This document shows, one piece after another, positions 55,873 to 64,000 of a DNA stretch of 64,000 bases (its first letter is position 1; each line of letters opens with the position of its first letter). Source of the DNA: Myxococcota bacterium (GTDB lineage Bacteria; Myxococcota_A; UBA9160; UBA4427); contig JAQWNI010000094.1 of NCBI GenBank assembly GCA_029268645.1, positions 6,809-70,808 of the forward strand. The letters are read 5' to 3'. The notes beneath the pieces are model-generated. The model did no database searches. It had not been told where the DNA came from and worked only from the letters and a program-made list of their open reading frames with translations. Made by a program: the position numbers and the translations under genes.

Positions 55873-56571
55873 ATGCTCAAGTCTTTCCGAGAAGACGCAA
55901 GTCGCTTTGGGGCCCTAAAAGCGGTGCAATCCCTATTTTGGTGGAGTCTACACTCGCGACTACGGGTGGATGTATACAAAATCTTCCTACGGCCGATTGA
56001 ATACTCGCCCAATGTAGACATCGAGGCTCAATCGAATTACGAGATCAAACTACTTGACCCCCAAACGCTACGGGACGCCTGCAAAGATCCTCAACTCGAC
56101 ATTTCAACAGAGCTGGCTGAGACCGCCATCGCCCACGGCGACGTGGTCGTCGGTGCATTTAAAAACGACCGACTCGTTACCTATACCTTCGCAACGAGCG
56201 TATCGGCGCCACACGATGACTATTTTTCTGTCCAGGTCCCACCCAAAATGCGATACGGGTACAAGGGTTACACGCTCCCCGAACACCGGGGCCAACATCT
56301 GATTCACTTAGTGTCTCACCTACCTGAAAGGAATAAGGTTTTCATCCAGCGCGGATGTACACACCACCTGTCTTTCATCGGGGCGTGGAATCTTTCAAGC
56401 CTACAATCAAGCAAACGGACAACGACGAACAAGCGAATCGGCTTCGCGATCAACGCCTATTGGGGAAATCGTCCGATCTCGCTCCTGACACCCCGAGTCA
56501 AGCAAAGCGGCTTTCGATTCCTACTAAGAGACTCAAACAAAAACCGTCCACTCAGCAAAAAGGTCACTTAG
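55873..56571 (+). CDS. hypothetical protein, GNAT-like acyltransferase fold suspected (tandem paralog B)
   Basis: 232 aa from ATG 55873. Blocks shared with paralog A: V(Q/D)VY(R/K)I..RP, KLL(N/D)PQ, GD(I/V)VVG(G/A)FK, APHDD, EHRGQ, PERN, QRGCT. Confidence 0.45.
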   Translation: MLKSFREDASRFGALKAVQSLFWWSLHSRLRVDVYKIFLRPIEYSPNVDIEAQSNYEIKLLDPQTLRDACKDPQLDISTELAETAIAHGDVVVGAFKNDRLVTYTFATSVSAPHDDYFSVQVPPKMRYGYKGYTLPEHRGQHLIHLVSHLPERNKVFIQRGCTHHLSFIGAWNLSSLQSSKRTTTNKRIGFAINAYWGNRPISLLTPRVKQSGFRFLLRDSNKNRPLSKKVT

Positions 56572-56987
56572 GCTTCGATCGGGCCATAGTGAAGGAGCTG
56601 TAATCGACGGCGGCAAAACTTCCAGCCCGCGGCAGTCTGTATATATTGATCATCGTACCACCCGTACCCTTCCATTCGAACACCTTCCACTTCTCCACGA
56701 AGCTCGATGTAGGCCGTTCCACGAGCCTGTTGGCCCGTAACATCGATGACATGATTGTGAATAAAGGGATAGAAAATCGAGGTATCGAAGGTCTGGGTGT
56801 ACTCTTCCAGAATCGCAGCCTTGCCTTCAAGCGGGGGGCGGTCGCCCGTATCCATCACGCCGTCTTCGGCGAAAAGCCCAGCCGCTCCAGCGGCATCTTT
56901 CTGCCAAACGCAGTGCGCATAACGGCGAACAAGATCGCGAATAGCACTTTCGTCGAGCAATTTTTGGATTTCAGACTCTTTTTCCAT
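56568..56987 (-). CDS. SnoaL-like / NTF2-fold protein
   Basis: ESAIRDLVRRYAHCVWQKDAAGAAGLFAEDGVMD... is typical of SnoaL_4-type proteins. I prefer the ATG at 56987, 1 nt after the upstream stop, over the TTG at 57011. Confidence 0.65.
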   Translation of the reverse strand: MEKESEIQKLLDESAIRDLVRRYAHCVWQKDAAGAAGLFAEDGVMDTGDRPPLEGKAAILEEYTQTFDTSIFYPFIHNHVIDVTGQQARGTAYIELRGEVEGVRMEGYGWYDDQYIQTAAGWKFCRRRLQLLHYGPIEA

Positions 56988-56988
56988 T

Positions 56989-59028
56989 TTAGTCTTCGAT
57001 GGATTCGGCAATCAGTTCTGCGATATCCGCGACTCTCACCTCGCCTTCAGGATCCAGTGCGCTGCTCGCATCTTCAAACATTTGCATGCAAAATGGGCAG
57101 GACACCGCCGCTGTCTTGGCACCGCAGCCCTGCACCTGTGAAAAACGCTCTTGGTTGATCCTGCGCTCGGGCTTATCGTCCATCCACGCATATCCCCCGC
57201 CCGACCCACAGCAATGGGCGCGAGACCGGTTTTTCTTCATCTCGATCAAAGATCCATCGGCAGTCACACTGGCGGCCACTTGCCGGGGCTCGTCATAAAC
57301 ATCATTATGCCGACCGAGATAACACGGATCGTGGTACGTCACGGATTCCTCGGTTCTCTTCGGCTTGACTCGGCCTTCGGAAATCAGATCTTCGATCAAC
57401 TCGCTGTGATGAAGGACTTCGTAGCCTCCTCCATAGTCGGAGTACTCATTCTTCAGAGTATTCATGCAGTGGGGACAAGCCGTGACGATTCGTTTAATCC
57501 CATAGCGTTCGAAGGTCTCAATGTTTTCCTTGGCGCACATCTGGTAAGTCAACTCGCCCCCTACTCGGCGGGCCGGGTCGCCCGTGCACACCTCTTCATT
57601 TCCAAGGAGGGCGAAATCGACACCCGCCGACTGCATAACCTTCACCAATGCTCGGCTCACGTCTACATTGCGGTCGACCATCGCACCGGCGCAGCCCACC
57701 CAGAAGAGCGTATCAGCCTCATCCCCCCGGCCGTAGACCTTGACATCGAGATCGCTAAACCATTCTTCACGATCTCGAGAAGACCCAACGAACGGGTGCA
57801 TCCGATCATCCATGCTCTTCAATAGAGCCTGTACGTCCTCGCCCATCTTGGACTCGGTCATCACCAAGTGTCGGCGCATATCAACAATCTTAGGAATGTG
57901 CTCGATCATCATTGGGCATTCGTGCATACAAGCGCCGCAGGTTCGGCAGCCCCACAATTCCGCCTCGAGCACCGCAGGTTGAAGCCCCTCGCCCTCCCCA
58001 TCGCCGATCAAGGGACTGATCAGCGGCGCCGGAACCCCGGTGCCGGCCTCGGGCCCTGGAGCGGATCGCGTGAGCTGCCCCTTCATGTCCTGAATCAGCT
58101 TCCGCGGCGAAAGCGGAGATCCACTGATTGTCGCAGGGCACATGGCTTCGCAACGACCGCAGTTCACACAGGCGTCGAGATCCATCAACCCTTTCCAGCT
58201 AAATCCCTCCAAAGACCCGACCCCGAGCCTGTCGAGCGCTTCCTCATCCTCCTCGACAAGAACGTCAATGTCGGGGTGTGTGAGTTTGCCAGTAGAACCA
58301 AGATTTCGGAGAAAAATATTGCCCCCGCCATAGACCACGTGGCCAAACTTGCCAAATACGAAATAGGCGATGAAGCAGAAGGCCGTTACGGCATGAATCC
58401 ACCAAAGTCCCCGATGGCTGTCGAGCAGCCAACTCTCCGGCCAGCCGGCAAACAAGAAGGAAACCGCATACCCAATCGGCGACCATTCGGCCCAAGCGGG
58501 TTCTGTGGCCGCCAGCCGCAGCGCTTCCACAAAGAAGCCTTGGACGAAAAGCAGCAAAAGCAGCAAGACAGCGATCCAATCATCCAGAGCCGAGTGCAAT
58601 CGGGCGGGACGCAAAACGCCTCTCCAGAACAGCATAATCAGGAGCCCAACGATGGCCACCAAACCAAATAGATCGCTGAGAAGCGAGTAACCAAGATAAA
58701 AATTGCCCTCTAGAAAGTGAATCCCCGTCCATTCCTGAGCAGCAATCAAAAGCGTCGCAATGAACTCGACAAGGAATCCGTAGAAGATCATGAGGTGGGC
58801 CACGCCCGGCAGTGGATCCTGCAGATGTCGGCGCTGGCCAAAAACTTCTCTCAGTACACCTGAGATTCTCTCAGGGATCCGGTCCACCCGATCTTCGGAT
58901 CCACCGAGGCGCCACAGCTTCACCCGTTTCCAAACGCCCCAGAGCAGCCACGCGGCGGCGACGGCGAAAAAGGCATAAATCAGCCCGCCACCGACAATGT
59001 TCCAGTAGATCTGACGCGTCGGCTCCAT
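56989..59028 (-). CDS. membrane-bound iron-sulfur oxidoreductase (NarI/DsrM-like TM domain + 2x[4Fe-4S] + two CCG domains; HdrD/GlpC-like)
   Basis: 679 aa from ATG 59028. Six N-terminal TM helices. CVNCGRCEAMCP and CRTCGACMHECP ferredoxin motifs. CCG-type Cys clusters (WVGCAG..., ACPHCMNT, HCCGSGGGYA). Confidence 0.8.
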   Translation of the reverse strand: MEPTRQIYWNIVGGGLIYAFFAVAAAWLLWGVWKRVKLWRLGGSEDRVDRIPERISGVLREVFGQRRHLQDPLPGVAHLMIFYGFLVEFIATLLIAAQEWTGIHFLEGNFYLGYSLLSDLFGLVAIVGLLIMLFWRGVLRPARLHSALDDWIAVLLLLLLFVQGFFVEALRLAATEPAWAEWSPIGYAVSFLFAGWPESWLLDSHRGLWWIHAVTAFCFIAYFVFGKFGHVVYGGGNIFLRNLGSTGKLTHPDIDVLVEEDEEALDRLGVGSLEGFSWKGLMDLDACVNCGRCEAMCPATISGSPLSPRKLIQDMKGQLTRSAPGPEAGTGVPAPLISPLIGDGEGEGLQPAVLEAELWGCRTCGACMHECPMMIEHIPKIVDMRRHLVMTESKMGEDVQALLKSMDDRMHPFVGSSRDREEWFSDLDVKVYGRGDEADTLFWVGCAGAMVDRNVDVSRALVKVMQSAGVDFALLGNEEVCTGDPARRVGGELTYQMCAKENIETFERYGIKRIVTACPHCMNTLKNEYSDYGGGYEVLHHSELIEDLISEGRVKPKRTEESVTYHDPCYLGRHNDVYDEPRQVAASVTADGSLIEMKKNRSRAHCCGSGGGYAWMDDKPERRINQERFSQVQGCGAKTAAVSCPFCMQMFEDASSALDPEGEVRVADIAELIAESIED

Positions 59029-59185
59029 GACGACCCTACCCAATGGCTCGGCATTTTCGTCCGGCCGAAAGAGAAAGCCCCAACGGGGCTTCCGCAGGCT
59101 ACCCCGTGGACTCTGCTGGTCGCAACATCGCCTGTCGCTAAACTGGCTCTCGGATCGCGGCTCAACGCGATCGATCGTGAAGGTC

Positions 59186-60304
59186 ATGCGAGAAGTCCTC
59201 AGACAACTCGACCAGTGGATCGAAGCGGGAGAGGACGTCGCTCTCGCGACCTTGATCGACACCCACGGGTCGTCACCCCGACCCGCCGGGGCCCGATTTT
59301 GTTGCACTCAAACTGGTCAAATGGCCGGCTCAGTCAGCAGTGGCTGCATCGAGGGCGACGTCTTCGAGCGGGCCCTGGAAGTCATGCAGAACGGAAAGCC
59401 AACTGTTCAGCGCTACGGAATCGAAGCCGCCGACGGGGTCGCCGTGGGGCTGTCATGCGGGGGCGAAGTCGATGTCTTGATCGAGCCCTTTAAACCCGAT
59501 TCCGCGTGGAGAGCTGTCAGTAAAGCGGTCACGTCGCGCCGAGCCATTGCCCACTGCGTCGCCCTCGAACCCGCGAGACTCCGCGGTCGGCATTTGGCCT
59601 TCGAGGAGTCTGGTCGGTGTTTTGGCTCGATCGATCCCGAAATCGACGAAGCCATTGTCCAGCAGAGCGCGGATCTACTCGAAGACGGTGGCGAGCGTCA
59701 AATCGAGGTGGCAACCTCAACGGGGTCAATTCGTGTATTTATCCAGGCCCTGGCGCCCCCTCCTCGTCTGTTGGTGATAGGCGCCACCCATACGGCCATT
59801 CCCCTAATCGAAATGGCTTCGACCCTCGGGTTCGAAACCTTCGTGATTGATCCCCGCTCGCCATTTGCCCACCGAGAGAGATTCCCAACGGCCGATCACC
59901 TCCTGCTTGAGTGGCCCGATCAGGCGCTGTCCGCCTTGGAACTCGACCGCCGATGCCATGTCCTGACCCTCAGCCACGACCTCAAATTCGACATTCCCGC
60001 CCTGGCCTGCGCCCTTCGGTCACAGGTTCGCTATATCGGGGCGCTTGGAAGTCGACGCACCCATGCGGGGAGACTGGATCGGCTGCGAGAACTCGGTTTC
60101 AATGATGCCGATCTCGCGCGAATACACACGCCCATTGGACTCGACTTGGGCGCACGAACACCGGAGGAAATCGCCCTGGCCATTCTGGCTGAAATCGTCG
60201 CCGTTCGTCATGAACGAGCCGGGGGGATTCTGCGCCAACCACCCGCAACCCTCAGCCCGGACTCCCGATCGAATCCGGCTGCGGGAGGGCGGGCCCGTGG
60301 CTAG
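59186..60304 (+). CDS. XdhC/CoxI family molybdoenzyme maturation protein
   Basis: N-terminal domain VALATLIDTHGSSPRPAGARF...GSVSSGCIE, followed by the Rossmann-like LLVIGATHTAIPL...YIGALGSRR. Confidence 0.8.
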   Translation: MREVLRQLDQWIEAGEDVALATLIDTHGSSPRPAGARFCCTQTGQMAGSVSSGCIEGDVFERALEVMQNGKPTVQRYGIEAADGVAVGLSCGGEVDVLIEPFKPDSAWRAVSKAVTSRRAIAHCVALEPARLRGRHLAFEESGRCFGSIDPEIDEAIVQQSADLLEDGGERQIEVATSTGSIRVFIQALAPPPRLLVIGATHTAIPLIEMASTLGFETFVIDPRSPFAHRERFPTADHLLLEWPDQALSALELDRRCHVLTLSHDLKFDIPALACALRSQVRYIGALGSRRTHAGRLDRLRELGFNDADLARIHTPIGLDLGARTPEEIALAILAEIVAVRHERAGGILRQPPATLSPDSRSNPAAGGRARG

Positions 60305-61004
60305 GCAAACCCTGTCTCCTGCTGCGCAGCGGCACCTTGTCGACAGCCCCACGCGCGTCGCGGCGCTCGTCTTGGCTGCGGGGCAGTCAAGCCGAATGGG
60401 AAAACCTAAAGCGCTCCTGCCCTGGGGAGGAATCCCCCTCCTCGAGCATGTTATTAGAACACTGCGCGCCTCCCGCGTCGAAAAAACCTGGGTAGTCATC
60501 GGCCGAGACCGGCCTTTCTCCGCTCCCCCGCCACGGTTCCTTGATGTCGATTTTGTCTGCACCTCGGATCCCAGCGGCGGTTTGAGTCACTCATTGCAGA
60601 CGGGACTCTCCGCGGTCCCCGATGCCTTCGGCGCGGTCGCGATCCTCTTGGCCGACCAGCCAGGCATCGAGAGTCAACTGGTCGACCGCGTCATCGAAGC
60701 ATCCCTCCCCCCGCCGGCGCTCGCGACGCGTCCAATTTTCAAGGCTGGGGGCGATTCTGTCCCTGGGCACCCCTTCGTCCTCATGCGCAGTGCCTTCGGT
60801 CTGGCCAATGAACTCACCGGGGACCAAGGCGCCCGCGCAATTTTCCGGGACAACCCTACGGCTCTTCGAGAGATTGAAGTGAAGGCCCCGGCGCCCCCCG
60901 ACGTAGACACACCGGAAGACTATTACGCCTTGATTGAGAAGCGGCGCCCATCTTCTCCCCTCCCTGTCAGCCGGACCGAGAAACCCGGCCCGACCTCTTC
61001 GTGA
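60297..61004 (+). CDS. MobA-like NTP transferase (molybdenum cofactor cytidylyl/guanylyl-transferase, MocA-like)
   Basis: AALVLAAGQSSRMGKPKALLPWGG is the LAAGxSxRMG signature. LLADQP. The putative GTG at 60297 overlaps the XdhC stop, so the start is uncertain. Confidence 0.7.
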   Translation: MARQTLSPAAQRHLVDSPTRVAALVLAAGQSSRMGKPKALLPWGGIPLLEHVIRTLRASRVEKTWVVIGRDRPFSAPPPRFLDVDFVCTSDPSGGLSHSLQTGLSAVPDAFGAVAILLADQPGIESQLVDRVIEASLPPPALATRPIFKAGGDSVPGHPFVLMRSAFGLANELTGDQGARAIFRDNPTALREIEVKAPAPPDVDTPEDYYALIEKRRPSSPLPVSRTEKPGPTSS

Positions 61005-61020
61005 AGAAAGGAAAGTTCCC

Positions 61021-61614
61021 TTGGCGATCGAAATCATCGAAAAAATGAAGATCGAGGCTCCCCCGGGTGCTGCGTGGAATTTCATTACCGATCCCGAACA
61101 AGTCGTCGCGTGTATGCCCGGCGCAGAACTCGTCGAACAGCTCGACGAGAAAACGTATGTGGGGAAGGTCAAGGTTAAACTGGGTGCGATCACGACCGCC
61201 TATAAAGGCCAAGTGGTTTTTGCTTCCGTGGATGACGAGAATCACACGATGCGGCTGACTGGAGAGGGCCGAGAGACCGGGGGCGGAACGGCCAAAGGCA
61301 GCCTCGATGTCCACATGACCGAATCAGAATCCGGTGTCGAGATGAGCTTCGAAGTCAGGGTCGATCTGACGGGTAAGGTGATGCAAATGGGCCGTGGAAT
61401 GATCAAGGGAGTTTCGGCCCAAATCTTCAAGCAGTTCGCCGCAGCCGCTCGCGATCAAATCACGGTAGCCGCGGAAATGCCCACAGGCGCCCCCCTCCCT
61501 ACTCCCCGTCCGGAGACGCAAGAGGCCTTGTCCGTCGGAGGGCTGGTCGGCCGCACTCTGTGGCAAGGGATCGTCGATTTCTTCAAGAAACTTTTCGGCG
61601 GCGGCTCCCGCTGA
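61021..61614 (+). CDS. CoxG-like SRPBCC family protein
   Basis: IEKMKIEAPPGAAWNFITDPEQVVACMPGAE...GKVKVKLGAITTAYKG resembles CoxG. TTG at 61021 follows GAAAGGAAAG; an alternative ATG is at 61045. Confidence 0.7.
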   Translation: MAIEIIEKMKIEAPPGAAWNFITDPEQVVACMPGAELVEQLDEKTYVGKVKVKLGAITTAYKGQVVFASVDDENHTMRLTGEGRETGGGTAKGSLDVHMTESESGVEMSFEVRVDLTGKVMQMGRGMIKGVSAQIFKQFAAAARDQITVAAEMPTGAPLPTPRPETQEALSVGGLVGRTLWQGIVDFFKKLFGGGSR

Positions 61615-61662
61615 GCGCTCCATCGACACGCCCCGATGTGGATTCGATAAAAGGGAGAAAAC

Positions 61663-64000
61663 GATGAATACCGCGGGAGCCCTGAACGGAATTCGAGTGG
61701 TCGAACTCGGTGAAAAAGTCTCCTCGCCTTATTGCGGGAAACTTTTCGCCGACTTCGGGGCTGACGTCATCAAGGTCGAGTCTCCTGATGGCGACCCGAG
61801 TCGATGCTGGGGTCCGTTTCGGGACGACCGACCAGACCCAGAAGGGAGCGGGACTTTCCATTTTCTCAACACCAACAAACGCAGCGTCACCCTCGACCTC
61901 GACAACGAGTCGGACAGAAGCCAGCTCCGAAAGCTCATCGCGAGCGCCGACCTGCTAGTCGAGAACTATGCCCCGGGCTTCCTCGAAGAGCGCGGTCTGG
62001 GCTGGTCGGCCCTCAATCGACTCAATCCGGAACTGGTCATGGTTTCGATCACACCCTTCGGCCAAACGGGGCCATACTCGAGTTGGCTGGGCTCAGACCT
62101 CAATGCCTACCACCTGACTGGAGCGAGCAGCCGCTATTGCGGCCGCCCCGGCGAGATGCCTCTGGAGCACGGCACCTTCGCCGCGGATTTTTATGGAGCT
62201 ATTGCGGGGGCCGCCTGGGGACTCGCTGCCGTTCTGGGACGAGAGGGCTCAGGCGGTGGTCAGCATGTAGACGTGTCTTCGGCGGAGGCAATTGCCGCCA
62301 CCTTTGTGGGCGGCCAAAACATCGGCGGATTCGCCCAGGATGGACGCTTCGACAAAAGAACCGGAGTCGGAATGCCCCTGGCCGCACCGGCGAGCATCGT
62401 CCCCTGCAAGGATGGCCATGTCTGGATGCTGGCCCTTGAACCCGGCCAGTGGAATGGCCTTCGGAAAGTAATGGGTGACCCTGAATGGGCCCAACTCGAA
62501 ATGTTCCAGGATATGTTCTCCCGGGGCGAAAATGCGGATTTGATCTATGCGATGGTGACCGAGTGGGCCGCGGAGCACCCCAAGATGGAGATCATGGATC
62601 GCTGTCAAGCCGCAGGCTGTCCCATCACCGCGGTTTTCACCATGAAGGAAGCCGCTGAACACCCCCATCTCAACGAAAGGGGCTACATCGTCGAACTCGA
62701 AGATGAGACGCTCGGCTCTTTCCGAACACTCGGGGCCCCCTTCAAGCTTTCAGAAACCCCGGGCGGACCCATTCGGTCAGCGCCTCAGCTCGGAGAGCAC
62801 AACGAGGAAATATTGAGCGAGATTCCCATGCGGCGTCCCGCAAAGCCTGCATCGGGCGCGCCCCAGAGACCTCTCTCGGGCGTGCGGGTCGCGAACTTTG
62901 GCTGGGTCTGGGCCGGCCCCGTCACGGGGCAAACTCTTGGTTTTCTCGGAGCAGAGGTCTATAAGATTGAATCCTACGCCCGGGTCGATATGACCCGGAC
63001 GCTCCCGCCCTTCGCCGGCGGCGAACGAGATCCAAATCGGAGCCTCTCAAACAATGCATGTTGGGCAGGGAACGGAAGCGTTTCGCTGAATCTAAAAACC
63101 GAGGAGGCCCGACAGCTAGCCCTGGACATCGTTGCCCAATGTGATGTCGTCATCGAGAATTTTGGGCCCGGTGTGATGGACCGACTGGGCCTCGGCTACG
63201 AAGAGCTCAAGCGGATCAAACCCGATCTCATCATGTTCTCGATGCCGGCCGCAGGCCTCTGGGGGCCGCTCAAGGACGTTCGCACCTACGGATTGAGTTT
63301 AACCAGCACCACCGGCTTAGACAGCCTCGTCGGCTATTCCGAGGGCGACCTGGTCCCTGTCGAAAATGCCTATTCGGACCCGTACAACGGCATCTTCGGG
63401 GCCTACGCCATCCTCACCGCCCTCGCCCACCGCCGCCGCACGGGCCAAGGCCAGTTGATCGACTTTTCCCAACAAGAAGCAGTCATGCAAATGGTTGGCC
63501 CAGCCTTCATGGACTACTCACTCAACGGGCGAATCGCCGGGCCGCTCGGCAATCGCCATCCGCTGTCCGCGGCAGCCCCGCATGGCGTTTTTCCCTGCGC
63601 GGGAGAAGATCGATGGATCAGTATCGCCATCGACGGGGACCCTCAATGGCAAGCTCTAGTGGACTCGATGGGTTGTCCGGCCTGGACACAGAACCCCGCG
63701 TTCGAAACGCAGGCAGGCCGCGTCGATGAGATCGAAGTCCTGCATGAGCACTTGGCCGAATGGACCCGGGACTACGATGACCGTTCCCTTGCCGACAGCC
63801 TCCAAGCCGCCGGGGTGCCCGCCGCTCCCGTCCTGAACGTCGCCGACCTGCTCTCCGACCCACACTACCGGGCACGCGAGACATTCATCGAAGTCGATCA
63901 CCCGCTTGGGTATCGGGAAACCATCTACGGTGCCTACGTCAAACTAAGCCGAACACCGGCCCAGGTCGCCCCCGGCCCATGGATCGGCCAGGACAACGAC
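61663..64000 (+). CDS. tandem-domain (double) family III CoA-transferase; 3' end outside the window
   Basis: This ORF is absent from the track because it has no stop within the window. I translated it by hand from ATG 61663, which is preceded by AAGGGAGAA. Domain 1: LNGIRVVELGEKVSSPYCGKLFADFGADVIKVESPDGDP...GQHVDVSSAEA...PCKDGHVWM...LGEHN. Linker: RRPAKPASGAPQRP. Domain 2, from about 62880: LSGVRVANFGWVWAGPVTGQTLGFLGAEVYKIES...GQLIDFSQQEA...FPCAGEDRWISI... Confidence 0.85.

Overview
This is a GC-rich bacterial chromosomal segment (about 58-62 % GC in hand-counted 60-nt samples). It is gene-dense, with roughly 50 protein-coding genes on both strands. I found no rRNA, tRNA, CRISPR array, transposase or integrase. 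Because of the high GC content, many long ORFs in the six-frame track are antisense shadows or carry spurious N-terminal extensions. Where a conserved N-terminus, an SD-like motif or a stop/start overlap supported it, I re-called the start codon.

Housekeeping genes: a partial acyl-CoA carboxyltransferase, psd, a CdaA-type diadenylate cyclase, gloA, a lipoate-ligase-like gene, a sigma54-type two-component pair, topA, purL and purB.

The rest is accessory, catabolic or envelope content:
- an atypical carboxyltransferase plus a 913-aa biotin carboxylase-BCCP pair
- a TetR/APH-like kinase cluster flanked by two distant paralogs of unknown function
- two DUF3604 paralogs
- a TetR-P450 pair with a clear operator palindrome
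- four family-III CoA-transferase domains (one gene frameshifted, one intact, one a tandem-domain fusion that runs off the window)
- ALDH, SDR, crotonase, MFS, FAD-oxidase, BVMO and PhyH genes
- a membrane HdrD-like Fe-S protein
- an orphan XdhC-MocA-CoxG maturation module

The most interesting locus is 35051-37029 on the minus strand. Two small ORFs in the track are actually one 177-codon gene interrupted by an in-frame TGA within a U-G-S-C motif. A perfect hairpin begins exactly 11 nt after the TGA, which is SECIS-like geometry. This candidate selenoprotein is translationally coupled (ATGA overlap) to a 482-aa protein that has an N-terminal thioredoxin-fold CPTC domain fused to an uncharacterised domain. 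Together they look like a selenol/thiol redox pair that standard gene callers would split or miss.

The taxon cannot be determined from the sequence alone. The combination of cdaA, single-chain purL and sigma54 regulators suggests a deltaproteobacteria-like or other non-enteric lineage. All family assignments come from motif recognition by eye; no database search was possible.
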